Positions 8,335 through 17,937 of a DNA stretch of 39,927 nt are shown here, piece by piece. Source of the DNA: a virus (lineage: Duplodnaviria > Heunggongvirae > Uroviricota > Caudoviricetes); IMG/VR virus record IMGVR_UViG_2711768036_000007; one strand, written 5' to 3'. Position numbers and translations under genes: made by a program. Every line of letters begins with the position of its first letter. Position 1 is the first letter of the stretch. The notes below the pieces were generated by a model, which ran no database searches, was not told where the DNA came from, and saw only the letters and a list, made by a program, of their open reading frames with translations.

Positions 8335-9051
8335 TCAAACCAGCCTTAGTTTTGTCTCAATTGCAACGCCTATAATCTTGCAGTTTCCATTGATTGGCAC
8401 GAGAGGCCATGCAGGATTAAGTCCCTTGAGGTATTTATTTCCGCCGTCGATTATCAGCTTCTTGAATGTTGCTTCGTTAGAGTCAGAAAGTTTTGCTATG
8501 ACCAAGCTGCCGTTGATCGCCTCCCTTCCGGTATCGAAAAGAACGAATGTTCCCTCTGGAATGCTTAACCCAACCGGTGCCGTCATTGAATCACCTTCCA
8601 CTTTAAGCCAGAACGCATTACCTTGAATATGCGCGTCAGACTCAAGCCAAACATCTATGTCTTTAATGGTGTATGGTTCGCATGCTTCACACCACGAGCC
8701 AGCCTGGATACTGCTTAACACCGGATACCTCTTTCCTGCTCTGTATTCCCCTGCATACCTTACGTTGGCATCGCTCTTAAGGCTTTCTGCCTGTTCTGCA
8801 ACCTTGGCAGCAATTGACTGGCTAAAATCAGCAATTGAGACTTGCAACAGTCGTGCAAAACCAGATGCAACCTCAACGTTTAGCGCGTTTCTGCCATTAA
8901 GATAATGCCCTACCGCTCCTTGGGTGATACCCAGTTCATCAGCGATTGAGTATTGGGTTATCCCCAATTCTTTCTTTTTTGACTCATACAAAGCCTTAAG
9001 CCGCTTAGCGTCTTCGAGCTGTTCTGTCGTCAGTGATTTTTTATTTTCCAT
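8335..9051 (-). CDS. cI: cI-type prophage repressor (N-terminal HTH, C-terminal S24 LexA-like domain)
   Basis: 238 aa; HTH segment ITQYSIADELGITQGAVGHYLNG; C-terminal GDSM and K motifs of S24 peptidases; divergent from cro across operators. Confidence 0.85.
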   Translation of the reverse strand: MENKKSLTTEQLEDAKRLKALYESKKKELGITQYSIADELGITQGAVGHYLNGRNALNVEVASGFARLLQVSIADFSQSIAAKVAEQAESLKSDANVRYAGEYRAGKRYPVLSSIQAGSWCEACEPYTIKDIDVWLESDAHIQGNAFWLKVEGDSMTAPVGLSIPEGTFVLFDTGREAINGSLVIAKLSDSNEATFKKLIIDGGNKYLKGLNPAWPLVPINGNCKIIGVAIETKLRLV

Positions 9052-9086
9052 AGCTTAATTCTAATAGCTAAGGTACTTAAACTAAA

Positions 9087-9126
9087 AATACCCTGAGTAT
9101 TGATTGCTTTGAATACCTGTAGTATT
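9087..9126. promoter_or_regulatory. OR operator sites / PR-PRM region
   Basis: AATACCCTGAGTATT (9087..9101) and AATACCTGTAGTATT (9112..9126) between divergent cI and cro. Confidence 0.6.
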
Positions 9127-9157
9127 CTTTGTTCATGGTTAATAACGGAGAGTGCAT

Positions 9158-9352
9158 ATGATTCGAATGACACTTGCCGATTACGCCAAAATCCATGGAC
9201 AGGCTAAAGCAGCCAGTGACTTTGGTGTAATCCAGTGCGCTATCAGCAAGGCCATTCTGGCAGGCCGTAACATTATGGTTACGGTAAAGCCTGATGGCAG
9301 TGTGATTGGAGAGGAGGTTCGTCCTTTCCCAAGCAACAAGAAAAACAAATAG
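9158..9352 (+). CDS. cro: Cro repressor
   Basis: [33 protein letters not shown]... resembles lambda Cro; GGAG RBS. Confidence 0.8.
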   Translation: MIRMTLADYAKIHGQAKAASDFGVIQCAISKAILAGRNIMVTVKPDGSVIGEEVRPFPSNKKNK

Positions 9353-9358
9353 TAACAC

Positions 9359-9401
9359 CGCTCTTTAACAGTCATGGTCCTCATTCCCGCCGAAATGCGG
9401 G
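9359..9401 (+). promoter_or_regulatory. nutR (boxA CGCTCTTTAACA plus boxB CCCGCCGAAATGCGGG)
   Basis: Between cro and cII; boxB identical to nutL copy. Confidence 0.65.
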
Positions 9402-9460
9402 AATACAACGCGCATAAGTTGATGCGCATAACTTCTTATTTGTTAAGGAAATACTTACAT

Positions 9461-9754
9461 ATGGTTCGTGCAAACAAACGCAACGAGGCTCTAAGAATCG
9501 AGAGTGCGTTGCTTAACAAAATCGCAATGCTTGGAACTGAGAAGACAGCGGAAGCTGTGGGAGTTGATAAGTCGCAGATCAGCAGGTGGAAGAGGGACTG
9601 GATTCCAAAGTTCTCAATGCTGCTTGCTGTTCTTGAATGGGGCGTCGTTGACGACGATATGGCTCGATTGGCACGACAAGTTGCTTCGATTCTCACCAAT
9701 AAAAAACGCCCGGCGGCAACCGAGCGTTCTGAACAAATCCAGATGAAATTCTGA
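9461..9754 (+). CDS. cII: CII transcriptional activator
   Basis: [51 protein letters not shown]... matches lambda CII as I recall it; track ORF carries a spurious N-terminal extension. Confidence 0.9.
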   Translation: MVRANKRNEALRIESALLNKIAMLGTEKTAEAVGVDKSQISRWKRDWIPKFSMLLAVLEWGVVDDDMARLARQVASILTNKKRPAATERSEQIQMKF

Positions 9755-9786
9755 GGTCATTACTGGATCAATCCACAGGAGTCATT

Positions 9787-9933
9787 ATGACAAAACAACT
9801 CAGTCCTTACCAGGACAAAATTCACAAACACATACTACGTGATCGCTTCCTGTCCAGCTTCAAGCAGCCTGGTCGATTTCGGGATGAGTTGGAAAAAGTG
9901 AAGCTGATGCAGAAGGAGAAAGGTCATGAGTAA
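9787..9933 (+). CDS. Hypothetical small protein, 48 aa, between cII and O
   Basis: Hand-translated; AGGAG RBS; stop overlaps start of O-like gene. Confidence 0.4.
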   Translation: MTKQLSPYQDKIHKHILRDRFLSSFKQPGRFRDELEKVKLMQKEKGHE

Positions 9934-10786
9934 TCTTGCAACCGCAACACATTTAAGGCCTTCACAACGGCCTGTGGAGCGTTGTGTGGCAGAAGTTGAA
10001 GATGGTTATACCCGTCTTGCAAATGCCCTGTATGAAGAGCTTATCGGCGCTGATTTAACGAAAAATCAGAGTAAGGTTGCCCACGCCATATGCCGTAAAA
10101 CATACGGCTACGGTAAAAAGATGGATCGCATCTCTGATAGTCAGTTAGCTCAAATTACCAGGCTGCCAAGACAGAAGGTAAACAAGGCCAAGAATGAGCT
10201 TATCGCGATGAAGGTTATCCTTCGCGAAGGCCAGCAAATCGGGCCTAACAAGAACATCGAAGAATGGCAAATCGAAGGGTGTCACTACTCTGGTGATAAT
10301 GTCACTGCATTGGTGACAAAAAGTGTCACCAAAACGGTGACAGCGCTGTCACCAAAACAGGGACACACAAAAGAAACTATTACAAAAGAAAAAAGAAATA
10401 ATAAAAACACTATGTCCGAAAGTGTTCGGACGGAGTGTGAAAAATCACCTGACCGTCACGAAGAAACCGACAAGGCATTCGAGGAAATATTCTGGTGTGC
10501 AGGCATGCGGAAAGCCGGGAAGAAAAACGCAGCTTCGGCATTCAGAACACAGTTCAGGGAATGGCGTAAAACTACCAGGGGTACGGCAAGCGAGTTTGCC
10601 ACGATGCTGGCAGAAGACATCGCATGCAGGAATGGAAAGCAGTTCGGATTCGACAGGTTGTTACCATCGAGCTACCTGAACGGTCAACGCTGGAACGACG
10701 AGAAGCCAGAAACTATTCAACCACAATCCAAACCATCATCCGCAATCACCGTATCGAAAACTGGCTACGTGTTTTTCGACAGGTGA
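9926..10786 (+). CDS. Lambda O-like replication initiator
   Basis: N-terminal region ([49 protein letters not shown]) resembles lambda O; iterons lie inside the gene. Confidence 0.8.
   Translation: MSNLATATHLRPSQRPVERCVAEVEDGYTRLANALYEELIGADLTKNQSKVAHAICRKTYGYGKKMDRISDSQLAQITRLPRQKVNKAKNELIAMKVILREGQQIGPNKNIEEWQIEGCHYSGDNVTALVTKSVTKTVTALSPKQGHTKETITKEKRNNKNTMSESVRTECEKSPDRHEETDKAFEEIFWCAGMRKAGKKNAASAFRTQFREWRKTTRGTASEFATMLAEDIACRNGKQFGFDRLLPSSYLNGQRWNDEKPETIQPQSKPSSAITVSKTGYVFFDR
10301..10412 (+). promoter_or_regulatory. Putative replication origin (iterons plus AT-rich tract) inside O-like gene
   Basis: Repeats TGTCACCAAAACGGTGACA / TGTCACCAAAACAGGGACA and a related copy, followed by an A-rich tract. 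Confidence 0.6.
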
Positions 10787-10893
10787 ACCATGAAATCAAA
10801 AATCAAATCGCTACTGGTCGCTGGTTATAACCACGGCTGGTTAAGTATTTCGTTTGTCGATTTCTGGTTTAAAAATCTCAATCTGAGGGAATC

Positions 10894-12774
10894 ATGACGC
10901 CAAGTGAACTTAGCGACCTGCTTTGGGCGCAGGTTGACAGGGTGGCTCCGCACCTGTTGCCAAACGGCAAGAAAGAGGGGCATGAGTGGGTTGCCGGTAA
11001 CGTCAACGGTGACAAGGGAAACAGCCTTAAGGTCAACCTTAGCGGCAAGAAAAAATGGGCTGATTTCGCTGAGGGAGACGGCGGTGACATGCTTGATTTG
11101 TGGATGGCATGTCGTGGAATTAACCTGCATCAGGCTATGCAGGAAGCGAAAGCCTTTCTCGGAATCAAGGATGACGATCACCATTTCGATGCCAAACGTG
11201 AGAAGAAATTCTCCAGACCTGATCGCAAGAAAATCGCCCGCTACGTTACCAGGACAGAATCCCATCTTGAGTACCTGCAATCGCGTGGCATATCGCCAGA
11301 AGTCGTAAAGCGCTACGAGGTTGTCAGCGGCAAGGTGTGGAATGGAGAACGAGAACTGGATGCTCTGGTGATTCCGTACAAACGCGATGGTGAGTTGTTG
11401 CAGGTCAAGCGAATCAGCACTGAGCGCCCGGACGGGAAGAAAGTCATTATGGCAGAAGGTGATTGCGAACCTTGTCTGTTCGGATGGCAGGCTCTGGACG
11501 CTGGCGTGAGGGCGGTTGTACTTTGCGAAGGCGAAATTGATTGTATGAGCTATGCGCAATACGGCATCTCTGCGTTATCCGTGCCGTTTGGTGGCGGGAA
11601 AGGCGCTAAGCAACAGTGGATTGAGTTTGAGTATCACAACCTCGACAGGTTTGAGGAAATATTCATCTCGATGGACGTTGATGATGTTGGTCGTGAAGCC
11701 GCAAGGGAAATCGCAAGCCGACTCGGTGAACATCGTTGCCGTCTTGTTACTCTGCCGTACAAAGACATCAACGAATGCCTGATGAACGGTGTTACCGAGG
11801 ATGAAATCTGGCAGTACATCGGCACGGCATCCTACTTCGATCCTGAAGAACTCTACAGCGCGCGAGAGTTTTACCAGGACACTATCAACGCTTTCTACGG
11901 CAAGCAGCAGTATCTGTTTAATCCACCGTGGGAATCTCTGGCAGATAAATTCCAGTTCCGTGAGGCCGAGTTGACGCTGGTCAATGGTGTGAACGGTCAC
12001 GGAAAAACGGAGGTTGTCGGGCATATGGCACTTGAGGCAATGCGTCAGGGTGTGAAGACGTGCATCGCGTCACTTGAGCTGAAGCCAGGCATTCTCCTTA
12101 AACGACTTACCCGTCAGGCGACGTGCTGCAAGATGCCACCAGTGCTGGAAATTGACTCTGCATTTAAATTTTATGACGAAAGACTTTGGGTGTTTGGCCT
12201 GACCGGAACGGCGAAAGCCGACAGGCTGATCGAAATATTCGACTACGCTCGCCGCCGATACGGCATCCAGTTATTCATCATCGACAGCCTGATGAAATGT
12301 GGCATAGGCGACGATGACTATAACGGGCAGAAGGCGTTTGTTGACTCGATTTGCGATTTCAAAAACAAAACAAACTCCCACGTCATTCTCGTTACTCACT
12401 CGCGAAAAGGTGACAGCGAAGAAAAACCAACCGGGAAAATGGACGTAAAAGGCTCTGGAGCGATAACAGACCTGACAGACAACCTTTTCATCATCTGGCG
12501 TAACAAGGCTCGTGAGAGAGCGTTACAGAGAGTTCAGAGTGGTGAAAAGATGTCAGAGAAGGACGAACAGCTACTGGCATCTCCGGCATCTGTTTTGATG
12601 CTTGAAAAACAACGTAACGGCGAAGGTTGGGAAGGTGGTGTCCCGTTGTTCCTTGACGAGCAATCGCACCAGTTCCTGCAACTTGAATCAGGATCGCCAT
12701 ATAGCTACATCGCCAATATGCCGAAATCGGAATATGACGAGGCGTGGCGACAGGAAAACGTGACGGAGTATTAA
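10894..12774 (+). CDS. Primase-helicase (TOPRIM-like region plus DnaB-like/SF4 helicase domain)
   Basis: 626 aa; Walker A NGVNGHGKT, Walker B-like IIDSL; occupies the position of lambda P. Confidence 0.7.
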   Translation: MTPSELSDLLWAQVDRVAPHLLPNGKKEGHEWVAGNVNGDKGNSLKVNLSGKKKWADFAEGDGGDMLDLWMACRGINLHQAMQEAKAFLGIKDDDHHFDAKREKKFSRPDRKKIARYVTRTESHLEYLQSRGISPEVVKRYEVVSGKVWNGERELDALVIPYKRDGELLQVKRISTERPDGKKVIMAEGDCEPCLFGWQALDAGVRAVVLCEGEIDCMSYAQYGISALSVPFGGGKGAKQQWIEFEYHNLDRFEEIFISMDVDDVGREAAREIASRLGEHRCRLVTLPYKDINECLMNGVTEDEIWQYIGTASYFDPEELYSAREFYQDTINAFYGKQQYLFNPPWESLADKFQFREAELTLVNGVNGHGKTEVVGHMALEAMRQGVKTCIASLELKPGILLKRLTRQATCCKMPPVLEIDSAFKFYDERLWVFGLTGTAKADRLIEIFDYARRRYGIQLFIIDSLMKCGIGDDDYNGQKAFVDSICDFKNKTNSHVILVTHSRKGDSEEKPTGKMDVKGSGAITDLTDNLFIIWRNKARERALQRVQSGEKMSEKDEQLLASPASVLMLEKQRNGEGWEGGVPLFLDEQSHQFLQLESGSPYSYIANMPKSEYDEAWRQENVTEY

Positions 12775-13044
12775 ATGAATAAAAAACAATTAGCCATTCT
12801 CGAAAAGGCATGGGATGCACAAATATCATGCGCTTTGAAAGAACAGGCACTACCAATAATCCAGACCAAATCGAAAATAGCCAGGCAGTTATGCGATGAC
12901 GGATTTCTGAACGAAGTTGAGATTACGCACCAGATGGTAACGTTCAAAGGGTATGAGATAAATCATCATGGTATAGCGGCGTATTGCTCCCATCTTCCTG
13001 ATGACGTTGACATTGATGAAATGGAAAGGGAGATGAAGCAATGA
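12775..13044 (+). CDS. Hypothetical nin-region protein, 89 aa
   Basis: ORF in track; ATGA overlap with downstream small ORF. Confidence 0.45.
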   Translation: MNKKQLAILEKAWDAQISCALKEQALPIIQTKSKIARQLCDDGFLNEVEITHQMVTFKGYEINHHGIAAYCSHLPDDVDIDEMEREMKQ

Positions 13045-13117
13045 CCATCTACATCACTGAGCTTGTAACAGGCCTGCTGGTAATCGCAGGTCTTTTTATT
13101 TGGGGGAGAGGGAAGTC

Positions 13118-13558
13118 ATGAAAAAACTAACCTTTGAAATTCGATCTCCAGCACATCAGCAAAACGCTATTCACGCAGTACAGCAAATTCTTCCAGACCC
13201 AACCAAACCAATCGTAGTAACCATTCAGGAACGCAACCGCAGCTTAGACCAAAACCGAAAGCTTTGGGCCTGCTTAGGTGACGTCTCTCGTCAGGTTGAA
13301 TGGCATGGTCGCTGGCTGGATGCAGAAAGCTGGAAGTGTGTGTTTACCGCAGCATTAAAGCAGCAGGATGTTGTTCCTAACCTTGCCGGGAATGGCTTTG
13401 TGGTAATAGGCCAGTCAACCAGCAGGATGCGTGTAAGCGAATTTGCGGAGCTATTAGAGCTTATACAGGCATTCGGTACAGAGCGTGGCGTTAAGTGGTC
13501 AGACGAAGCGCGACTGGCTCTGGAATGGAAAGCGCGATGGGGAGACAGGGCGGCATGA
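13118..13558 (+). CDS. ninB: NinB recombination protein
   Basis: [55 protein letters not shown]... matches lambda NinB as I recall it. Confidence 0.9.
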   Translation: MKKLTFEIRSPAHQQNAIHAVQQILPDPTKPIVVTIQERNRSLDQNRKLWACLGDVSRQVEWHGRWLDAESWKCVFTAALKQQDVVPNLAGNGFVVIGQSTSRMRVSEFAELLELIQAFGTERGVKWSDEARLALEWKARWGDRAA

Positions 13559-13740
13559 GACGACAGCGACGAAGTATCACCGACATCATCTGCGAAAACT
13601 GCAAATACCTTCCAACGAAACGCTTCAGAAATAAACGCAAGCCAATCCCAAAAGAATCTGACGTAAAAACCTTCAACTACACGGCTCACCTGTGGGATAT
13701 CCGGTGGCTAAGACATCGTGCGAGGAAACAAGGTGATTGA
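13555..13740 (+). CDS. ninE: NinE
   Basis: [51 protein letters not shown] matches lambda NinE as I recall it; ATGA overlap with ninB. Confidence 0.75.
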   Translation: MRRQRRSITDIICENCKYLPTKRFRNKRKPIPKESDVKTFNYTAHLWDIRWLRHRARKQGD

Positions 13741-13903
13741 CCCAAATCGAAGTTACGAACAAGAAAGCGTCGAGCGGGCTTTAACGTGCGCTAACTGCGG
13801 TCAGAAGCTGCATGTGCTGGAAGTTCACGTGTGTGAGCACTGTTGCGCAGAACTGATGAGCGATCCGAATAGCTCGATGCACGAGGAAGAAGATGATGGC
13901 TAA
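13718..13903 (+). CDS. ninF: NinF
   Basis: [47 protein letters not shown] matches lambda NinF as I recall it; true start may be GTG at about 13733. Confidence 0.7.
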   Translation: MRGNKVIDPNRSYEQESVERALTCANCGQKLHVLEVHVCEHCCAELMSDPNSSMHEEEDDG

Positions 13904-14507
13904 ACCAGCGCGAAGACGATGTAAAAACGATGAATGCCGGGAATGGTTTCACCCTGCATTCGCTAATCAGTGGTGGTGCTCTCCAGAGTGTGGAACAAAG
14001 ATAGCACTCGAACGACGAAGCAAAGAACGCGAAAAAGCGGAAAAAGCAGCAGAGAAGAAACGACGACGAGAGGAGCAGAAACAGAAAGATAAAATTAAGA
14101 TTCGAAAACTCGCCTTAAAGCCCCGCAGTTACTGGATTAAACAAGCCCAACAAGCCGTAAACGCCTTCATCAGAGAAAGAGACCGCGACTTACCATGTAT
14201 CTCGTGCGGAACGCTCACGTCTGCTCAGTGGGATGCTGGACATTACCGGACAACTGCTGCGGCACCTCAACTCCGATTTGATGAACGCAATATTCACAAG
14301 CAATGCGTGGTGTGCAACCAGCACAAAAGCGGAAATCTCGTTCCGTATCGCGTCGAACTGATTAGCCGCATCGGGCAGGAAGCAGTAGACGAAATCGAAT
14401 CAAACCATAACCGCCATCGCTGGACTGTCGAAGAGTGCAGGGCCATCAAGGCGGAGTATCAGCAGAAACTCAAAGACCTGCGAAACAGCAGAAGTGAGGC
14501 CGCATGA
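13893..14507 (+). CDS. ninG: NinG (Rap) recombination endonuclease
   Basis: 204 aa, Cys-rich; same length and layout as lambda NinG. Confidence 0.85.
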   Translation: MMAKPARRRCKNDECREWFHPAFANQWWCSPECGTKIALERRSKEREKAEKAAEKKRRREEQKQKDKIKIRKLALKPRSYWIKQAQQAVNAFIRERDRDLPCISCGTLTSAQWDAGHYRTTAAAPQLRFDERNIHKQCVVCNQHKSGNLVPYRVELISRIGQEAVDEIESNHNRHRWTVEECRAIKAEYQQKLKDLRNSRSEAA

Positions 14508-14710
14508 CGTTCTCAGTAAAAACCATTCCAGACATGCTCGTTGAAGCATACGGAAACCAGACAGAAGTAGCACGCAGACTGAAATGTAGTCGCGGCACGG
14601 TCAGAAAATACGTTGATGATAAAGACGGGAAAATGCACGCCATCGTCAACGACGTTCTTATGGTTCATCGCGGATGGAGTGAAAGAGATGCGCTATTACG
14701 AAAAAATTGA
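14504..14710 (+). CDS. ninH: NinH
   Basis: [37 protein letters not shown] matches lambda NinH as I recall it. Confidence 0.8.
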   Translation: MTFSVKTIPDMLVEAYGNQTEVARRLKCSRGTVRKYVDDKDGKMHAIVNDVLMVHRGWSERDALLRKN

Positions 14711-15359
14711 TGGCAGCAAATACCGAAATATTTGGGTAGTTGGCGATCTGCACGGATGCTACACGAACCTGATGAAAAAACTGGAGACGATAGGATTCGA
14801 CACCAAAAAAGACCTGCTTATCTCGGTTGGCGATTTGGTTGATCGTGGTGCAGAGAACGTCGAATGCCTGGAATTAATCACATTCCCCTGGTTCAGAGCT
14901 GTACGTGGAAACCATGAGCAAATGATGATTGATGGCTTATCAGAGCGCGGAAACGTCAATCACTGGATGCTTAATGGCGGTGGCTGGTTCTTTAATCTCG
15001 ATTACGACAAAGAAATTCTGGCTAAAGCTCTTGCCCATAAAGCAGATGAACTTCCGTTAATCATCGAACTGGTGAGCAAAGATAAAAAATATGTCATCTG
15101 CCACGCCGATTATCCTTGTGACGAATACGAGTTTGGAAAGCCAGTTGATCATCAGCAGGTAATCTGGAACCGCGAACGAATCAGCAACTCACAAGACGGG
15201 ATCGTAAAAGAAATCAAAGGAGCGGACACGTTCATCTTTGGTCATACGCCAGCAGTGAAACCACTCAAATTTGCCAACCAGATGTATATCGATACCGGCG
15301 CAGTGTTCTGCGGAAACCTCACATTGATTCAGGTACAGGGAGAAGGCGCGTGGGCATAA
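14688..15359 (+). CDS. Ser/Thr protein phosphatase (lambda ORF221/NinI-like)
   Basis: From internal Met: MRYYEK...GDLHGC...GDLVDRG...GNHE, calcineurin-like phosphoesterase motifs. Confidence 0.85.
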   Translation: MRYYEKIDGSKYRNIWVVGDLHGCYTNLMKKLETIGFDTKKDLLISVGDLVDRGAENVECLELITFPWFRAVRGNHEQMMIDGLSERGNVNHWMLNGGGWFFNLDYDKEILAKALAHKADELPLIIELVSKDKKYVICHADYPCDEYEFGKPVDHQQVIWNRERISNSQDGIVKEIKGADTFIFGHTPAVKPLKFANQMYIDTGAVFCGNLTLIQVQGEGAWA

Positions 15360-15868
15360 GAGAACTAAACCTCACCAAAGAACAGCACGATTGGCTGAAT
15401 GGCTGGCTTGAACTGTGGGGCGCATGGGTTTATTCAGGCCGCTTGGAAAAGCGCATGAGCAGCGTAATAGCGAAGTTCATGGAGAGCGTAGAGCCGGGAA
15501 GAGTTATGACAAGGCCAATGTGTAATGATGATGATGGAATGTTGATTTCTCAGGTCGTCGATTCCGTCATGTACATTGACAAGAAAGCCTTTGGCATCCT
15601 CCTCAGCTACTACGCTCATGGTTCATCTAAGCGAGCAATTGCATCCTACTATCACGCGACTGCAAAGCCACGCAAGATGTGTGGACGTGGTGGCGAGGGA
15701 TGGAGAAAACCTTCACTGGCAACCTGTAGAAACGAAATTGACGACATCCTGAAAGCGTCGTTATTTGTTTTGTACCAGCCAATGCAAAATGCTTTCAAAA
15801 TGCGTAAACGTGTTGAGAAAGTTAAGCATGTTGCTGTTAAAAGCCTTGACATGCAATTATCCATTTAG
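15350..15868 (+). CDS. Late-gene antiterminator Q (QuuD-like type)
   Basis: Motifs WLELWGAWV and [11 protein letters not shown] resemble Q/QuuD proteins; last gene before PR-prime and the lysis cassette. Confidence 0.65.
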   Translation: MGIRELNLTKEQHDWLNGWLELWGAWVYSGRLEKRMSSVIAKFMESVEPGRVMTRPMCNDDDGMLISQVVDSVMYIDKKAFGILLSYYAHGSSKRAIASYYHATAKPRKMCGRGGEGWRKPSLATCRNEIDDILKASLFVLYQPMQNAFKMRKRVEKVKHVAVKSLDMQLSI

Positions 15869-15875
15869 CCATAAT
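15846..15875 (+). promoter_or_regulatory. Putative late promoter PR-prime (TTGACA-N18-CATAAT)
   Basis: Consensus -35 and near-consensus -10 at the 3-prime end of Q, just upstream of a terminator hairpin. Confidence 0.5.
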
Positions 15876-15884
15876 TAGAAGGTA

Positions 15885-15927
15885 AGCTGCCGTTAGTGAC
15901 TCTTAAGTTGCAACGGTGGCTTTTTTT
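15885..15927 (+). terminator. tR-prime-like rho-independent terminator (Q target)
   Basis: Hairpin CCGTT...AACGG followed by TTTTTTT. Confidence 0.55.
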
Positions 15928-16107
15928 GTTTGCACAACAGGTAAGAGCATTGAACCCGCAGACCTCGCGGAATTGGTGAAAGGTGCCGCGCAGTGCTCTT
16001 ATCGTTGTGGTGAAGCTCAATGGCGAGCTAGCAGATAGGCGACAGTGAAAATACTAGTCATGTAGCTGACCGCTGCGCGTACTGCAATCGGCAGCGCACC
16101 GATGGAA

Positions 16108-16132
16108 GCCGGTTCGATTCCGGCCGCCACAA
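16108..16132 (+). other. tRNA-like 3-prime fragment (T-arm GCCGG-TTCGATT-CCGGC plus acceptor-like strand), probable remnant
   Basis: Perfect T-arm consensus; no convincing full cloverleaf found by eye upstream. Confidence 0.3.
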
Positions 16133-16377
16133 CCCAAACTGAGCCGTAGCCACTGGCTATCCTGAATTCATCAGTGATAGTTACGCTGCGGCCTTCTACA
16201 CATGATCTTCGTGAAAGCGGGTGGCAGGAGGTTGCGCTAACAACCTCATGCCGTTTTGCCCGTGCATATCGGTCACGAACAAATCTGATTACTAAACACA
16301 GTAGCCTGGATTTGTTCTATCAGTAATCGACCTTATTCCTAATTAAATAGAGCAAATCCCCTTATTGGGGGTAAGAC

Positions 16378-16701
16378 ATGAAGATGCCAGAAAAACATGA
16401 CCTGTTAGCCGCCATTCTCGCGGCAAAGGAACAAGGCATCGGGGCAATCCTTGCGTTTGCAATGGCGTACCTTCGCGGCAGATATAATGGCGGTGCGTTT
16501 ACAAAAACAGTAATCGACGCAACGATGTGCGCCATTATCGCCTGGTTCATTCGTGACCTTCTCGACTTCGCCGGACTAAGTAGCAATCTCGCTTATATAA
16601 CGAGCGTGTTCATCGGCTACATCGGTACTGACTCGATTGGTTCGCTTATCAAACGCTTCGCTGCTAAAAAAGCCGGAGTAGAAGATGGTGGAAATCAATA
16701 A
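16378..16701 (+). CDS. S: Holin S (class I, dual-start MKM)
   Basis: 107 aa; [41 protein letters not shown] matches lambda S as I recall it. Confidence 0.9.
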   Translation: MKMPEKHDLLAAILAAKEQGIGAILAFAMAYLRGRYNGGAFTKTVIDATMCAIIAWFIRDLLDFAGLSSNLAYITSVFIGYIGTDSIGSLIKRFAAKKAGVEDGGNQ

Positions 16702-17161
16702 TCAACGTAAGGCGTTCCTCGATATGCTGGCGTGGTCAGAGGGAACTGATAACGGACGTCAGAAAACCAGAAATCATGGTTATGACGTCATTGTTGGCGG
16801 AGAGCTATTCACTGATTACTCCGATCACCCTCGCAAACTTGTCACGCTAAACCCAAAACTCAAATCAACAGCAGCCGGGCGCTATCAGCTTCTTTCCCGT
16901 TGGTGGGATGCCTACCGCAAGCAGCTTGGCCTGAAAGACTTCTCTCCGAAAAGCCAGGACGCTGTGGCACTGCAGCAGATTAAGGAGCGTGGCGCTTTAC
17001 CGATGATTGATCGCGGTGATATTCGTCAGGCTATCGACCGTTGCAGCAATATCTGGGCTTCACTGCCGGGTGCTGGTTATGGTCAGTTCGAGCATAAGGC
17101 TGACAACCTGATTGCAAAATTCAAAGAAGCAGGCGGAACGGTCAGAGAGATTGAGGTATGA
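16685..17161 (+). CDS. R: Endolysin R (lytic transglycosylase)
   Basis: 158 aa; [35 protein letters not shown] matches lambda R as I recall it. Confidence 0.9.
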   Translation: MVEINNQRKAFLDMLAWSEGTDNGRQKTRNHGYDVIVGGELFTDYSDHPRKLVTLNPKLKSTAAGRYQLLSRWWDAYRKQLGLKDFSPKSQDAVALQQIKERGALPMIDRGDIRQAIDRCSNIWASLPGAGYGQFEHKADNLIAKFKEAGGTVREIEV

Positions 17162-17595
17162 GCAGAGTAACCGCGATTATCTCCGCTCTGGTTATCTGCA
17201 TCATCGTCTGTCTGTCATGGGCTGTTAATCATTACCGTGATAACGCCATGACCTACAAAGAACAGCGCGACAAAGCCACATCCATCATCGCTGACATGCA
17301 GAAGCGTCAACATGATGTAGCAGAACTCGACGCCAGATACACAAAGGAGCTTGCTGATGCTAACGCGACTATCGAAAGTCTCCGTGCTGATGTTTCTGCT
17401 GGTCGTAAGCGCCTGCAAGTCGCCGCCACCTGTGCAAAGTCAACGACCGGAGCCAGCAGCATGGGCGATGGAGAAAGCCCAAGACTTACAGCAGATGCTG
17501 AACTCAATTATTACCGTCTCCGAAGTGGAATCGACAGGATAACCGCGCAGGTTAACTACCTGCAGGAGTACATCAGGACGCAATGCCTTCGATGA
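17158..17595 (+). CDS. Rz: Spanin inner-membrane subunit Rz
   Basis: 145 aa; N-terminal TM then coiled coil; position after R; resembles lambda Rz. Confidence 0.8.
   Translation: MSRVTAIISALVICIIVCLSWAVNHYRDNAMTYKEQRDKATSIIADMQKRQHDVAELDARYTKELADANATIESLRADVSAGRKRLQVAATCAKSTTGASSMGDGESPRLTADAELNYYRLRSGIDRITAQVNYLQEYIRTQCLR
17351..17542 (+). CDS. Rz1: Spanin outer-membrane lipoprotein Rz1 (embedded in Rz, +1 frame)
   Basis: Lipobox LVVSAC followed by Pro-rich segment; fully inside Rz. Confidence 0.7.
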   Translation: MLMLTRLSKVSVLMFLLVVSACKSPPPVQSQRPEPAAWAMEKAQDLQQMLNSIITVSEVESTG

Positions 17596-17770
17596 TAGCG
17601 ATAATTTTACTCATCATCCTTCACATCTGGCTCTGTAGACAGGGTGGTGATCACTTCTGGAGTAAATCCAGATTAAACATCTCATTGCTGATGCTTGATA
17701 TTGAGCATCTGGCGCGCAGTAAGGGGCTGCGTTGAGATAAGAGCCAGTTCATTACAAATACCAGGATTTA

Positions 17771-17796
17771 GCCTCGCATTCGCGGGGCTTTTTATA
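17771..17796 (+). terminator. Rho-independent terminator after lysis cassette
   Basis: Hairpin GCCTCGC-ATTC-GCGGGGC followed by TTTTTA. Confidence 0.4.
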
Positions 17797-17937
17797 TCTG
17801 AATTTCACAGCGCATCTCACGCGCATATTAACGAGAGCCTTTCAGTAAGCGAGCCTGAGAAATGCCGTTATAGGTGGCGACCTCTCTCGGGCGGCTTTTC
17901 TGTGAGACAGGCTCACTTTCTAAAAGGTAAAGACGCT

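Noticed and set aside
8657-8905. 82-aa plus-strand ORF (and 8327..8626)
   Set aside because: Antisense to the cI repressor and membrane-protein genes; no RBS
9374-9460. N-terminal extension of the cII ORF in the track
   Set aside because: Overlaps nutR boxA/boxB; the conserved CII sequence and RBS begin at 9461
10825-11559. 244-aa minus-strand ORF (also 10904..11308 plus-strand and 11575..12024 minus-strand)
   Set aside because: Lies inside or antisense to the strongly supported primase-helicase gene; no independent RBS or context; typical spurious ORF of a coding region
16006-16132. Complete tRNA gene in the Q-S interval
   Set aside because: Only the T-arm and 3-prime acceptor strand are convincing; the nearest matching 5-prime acceptor strand is ~127 nt upstream and no D or anticodon arm could be folded by eye, so reported only as a tRNA-like fragment
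17695-17937. N-terminal extension of the Rha ORF in the track
   Set aside because: Upstream part is leader sequence containing inverted repeats; Rha-like sequence and RBS start at 17938
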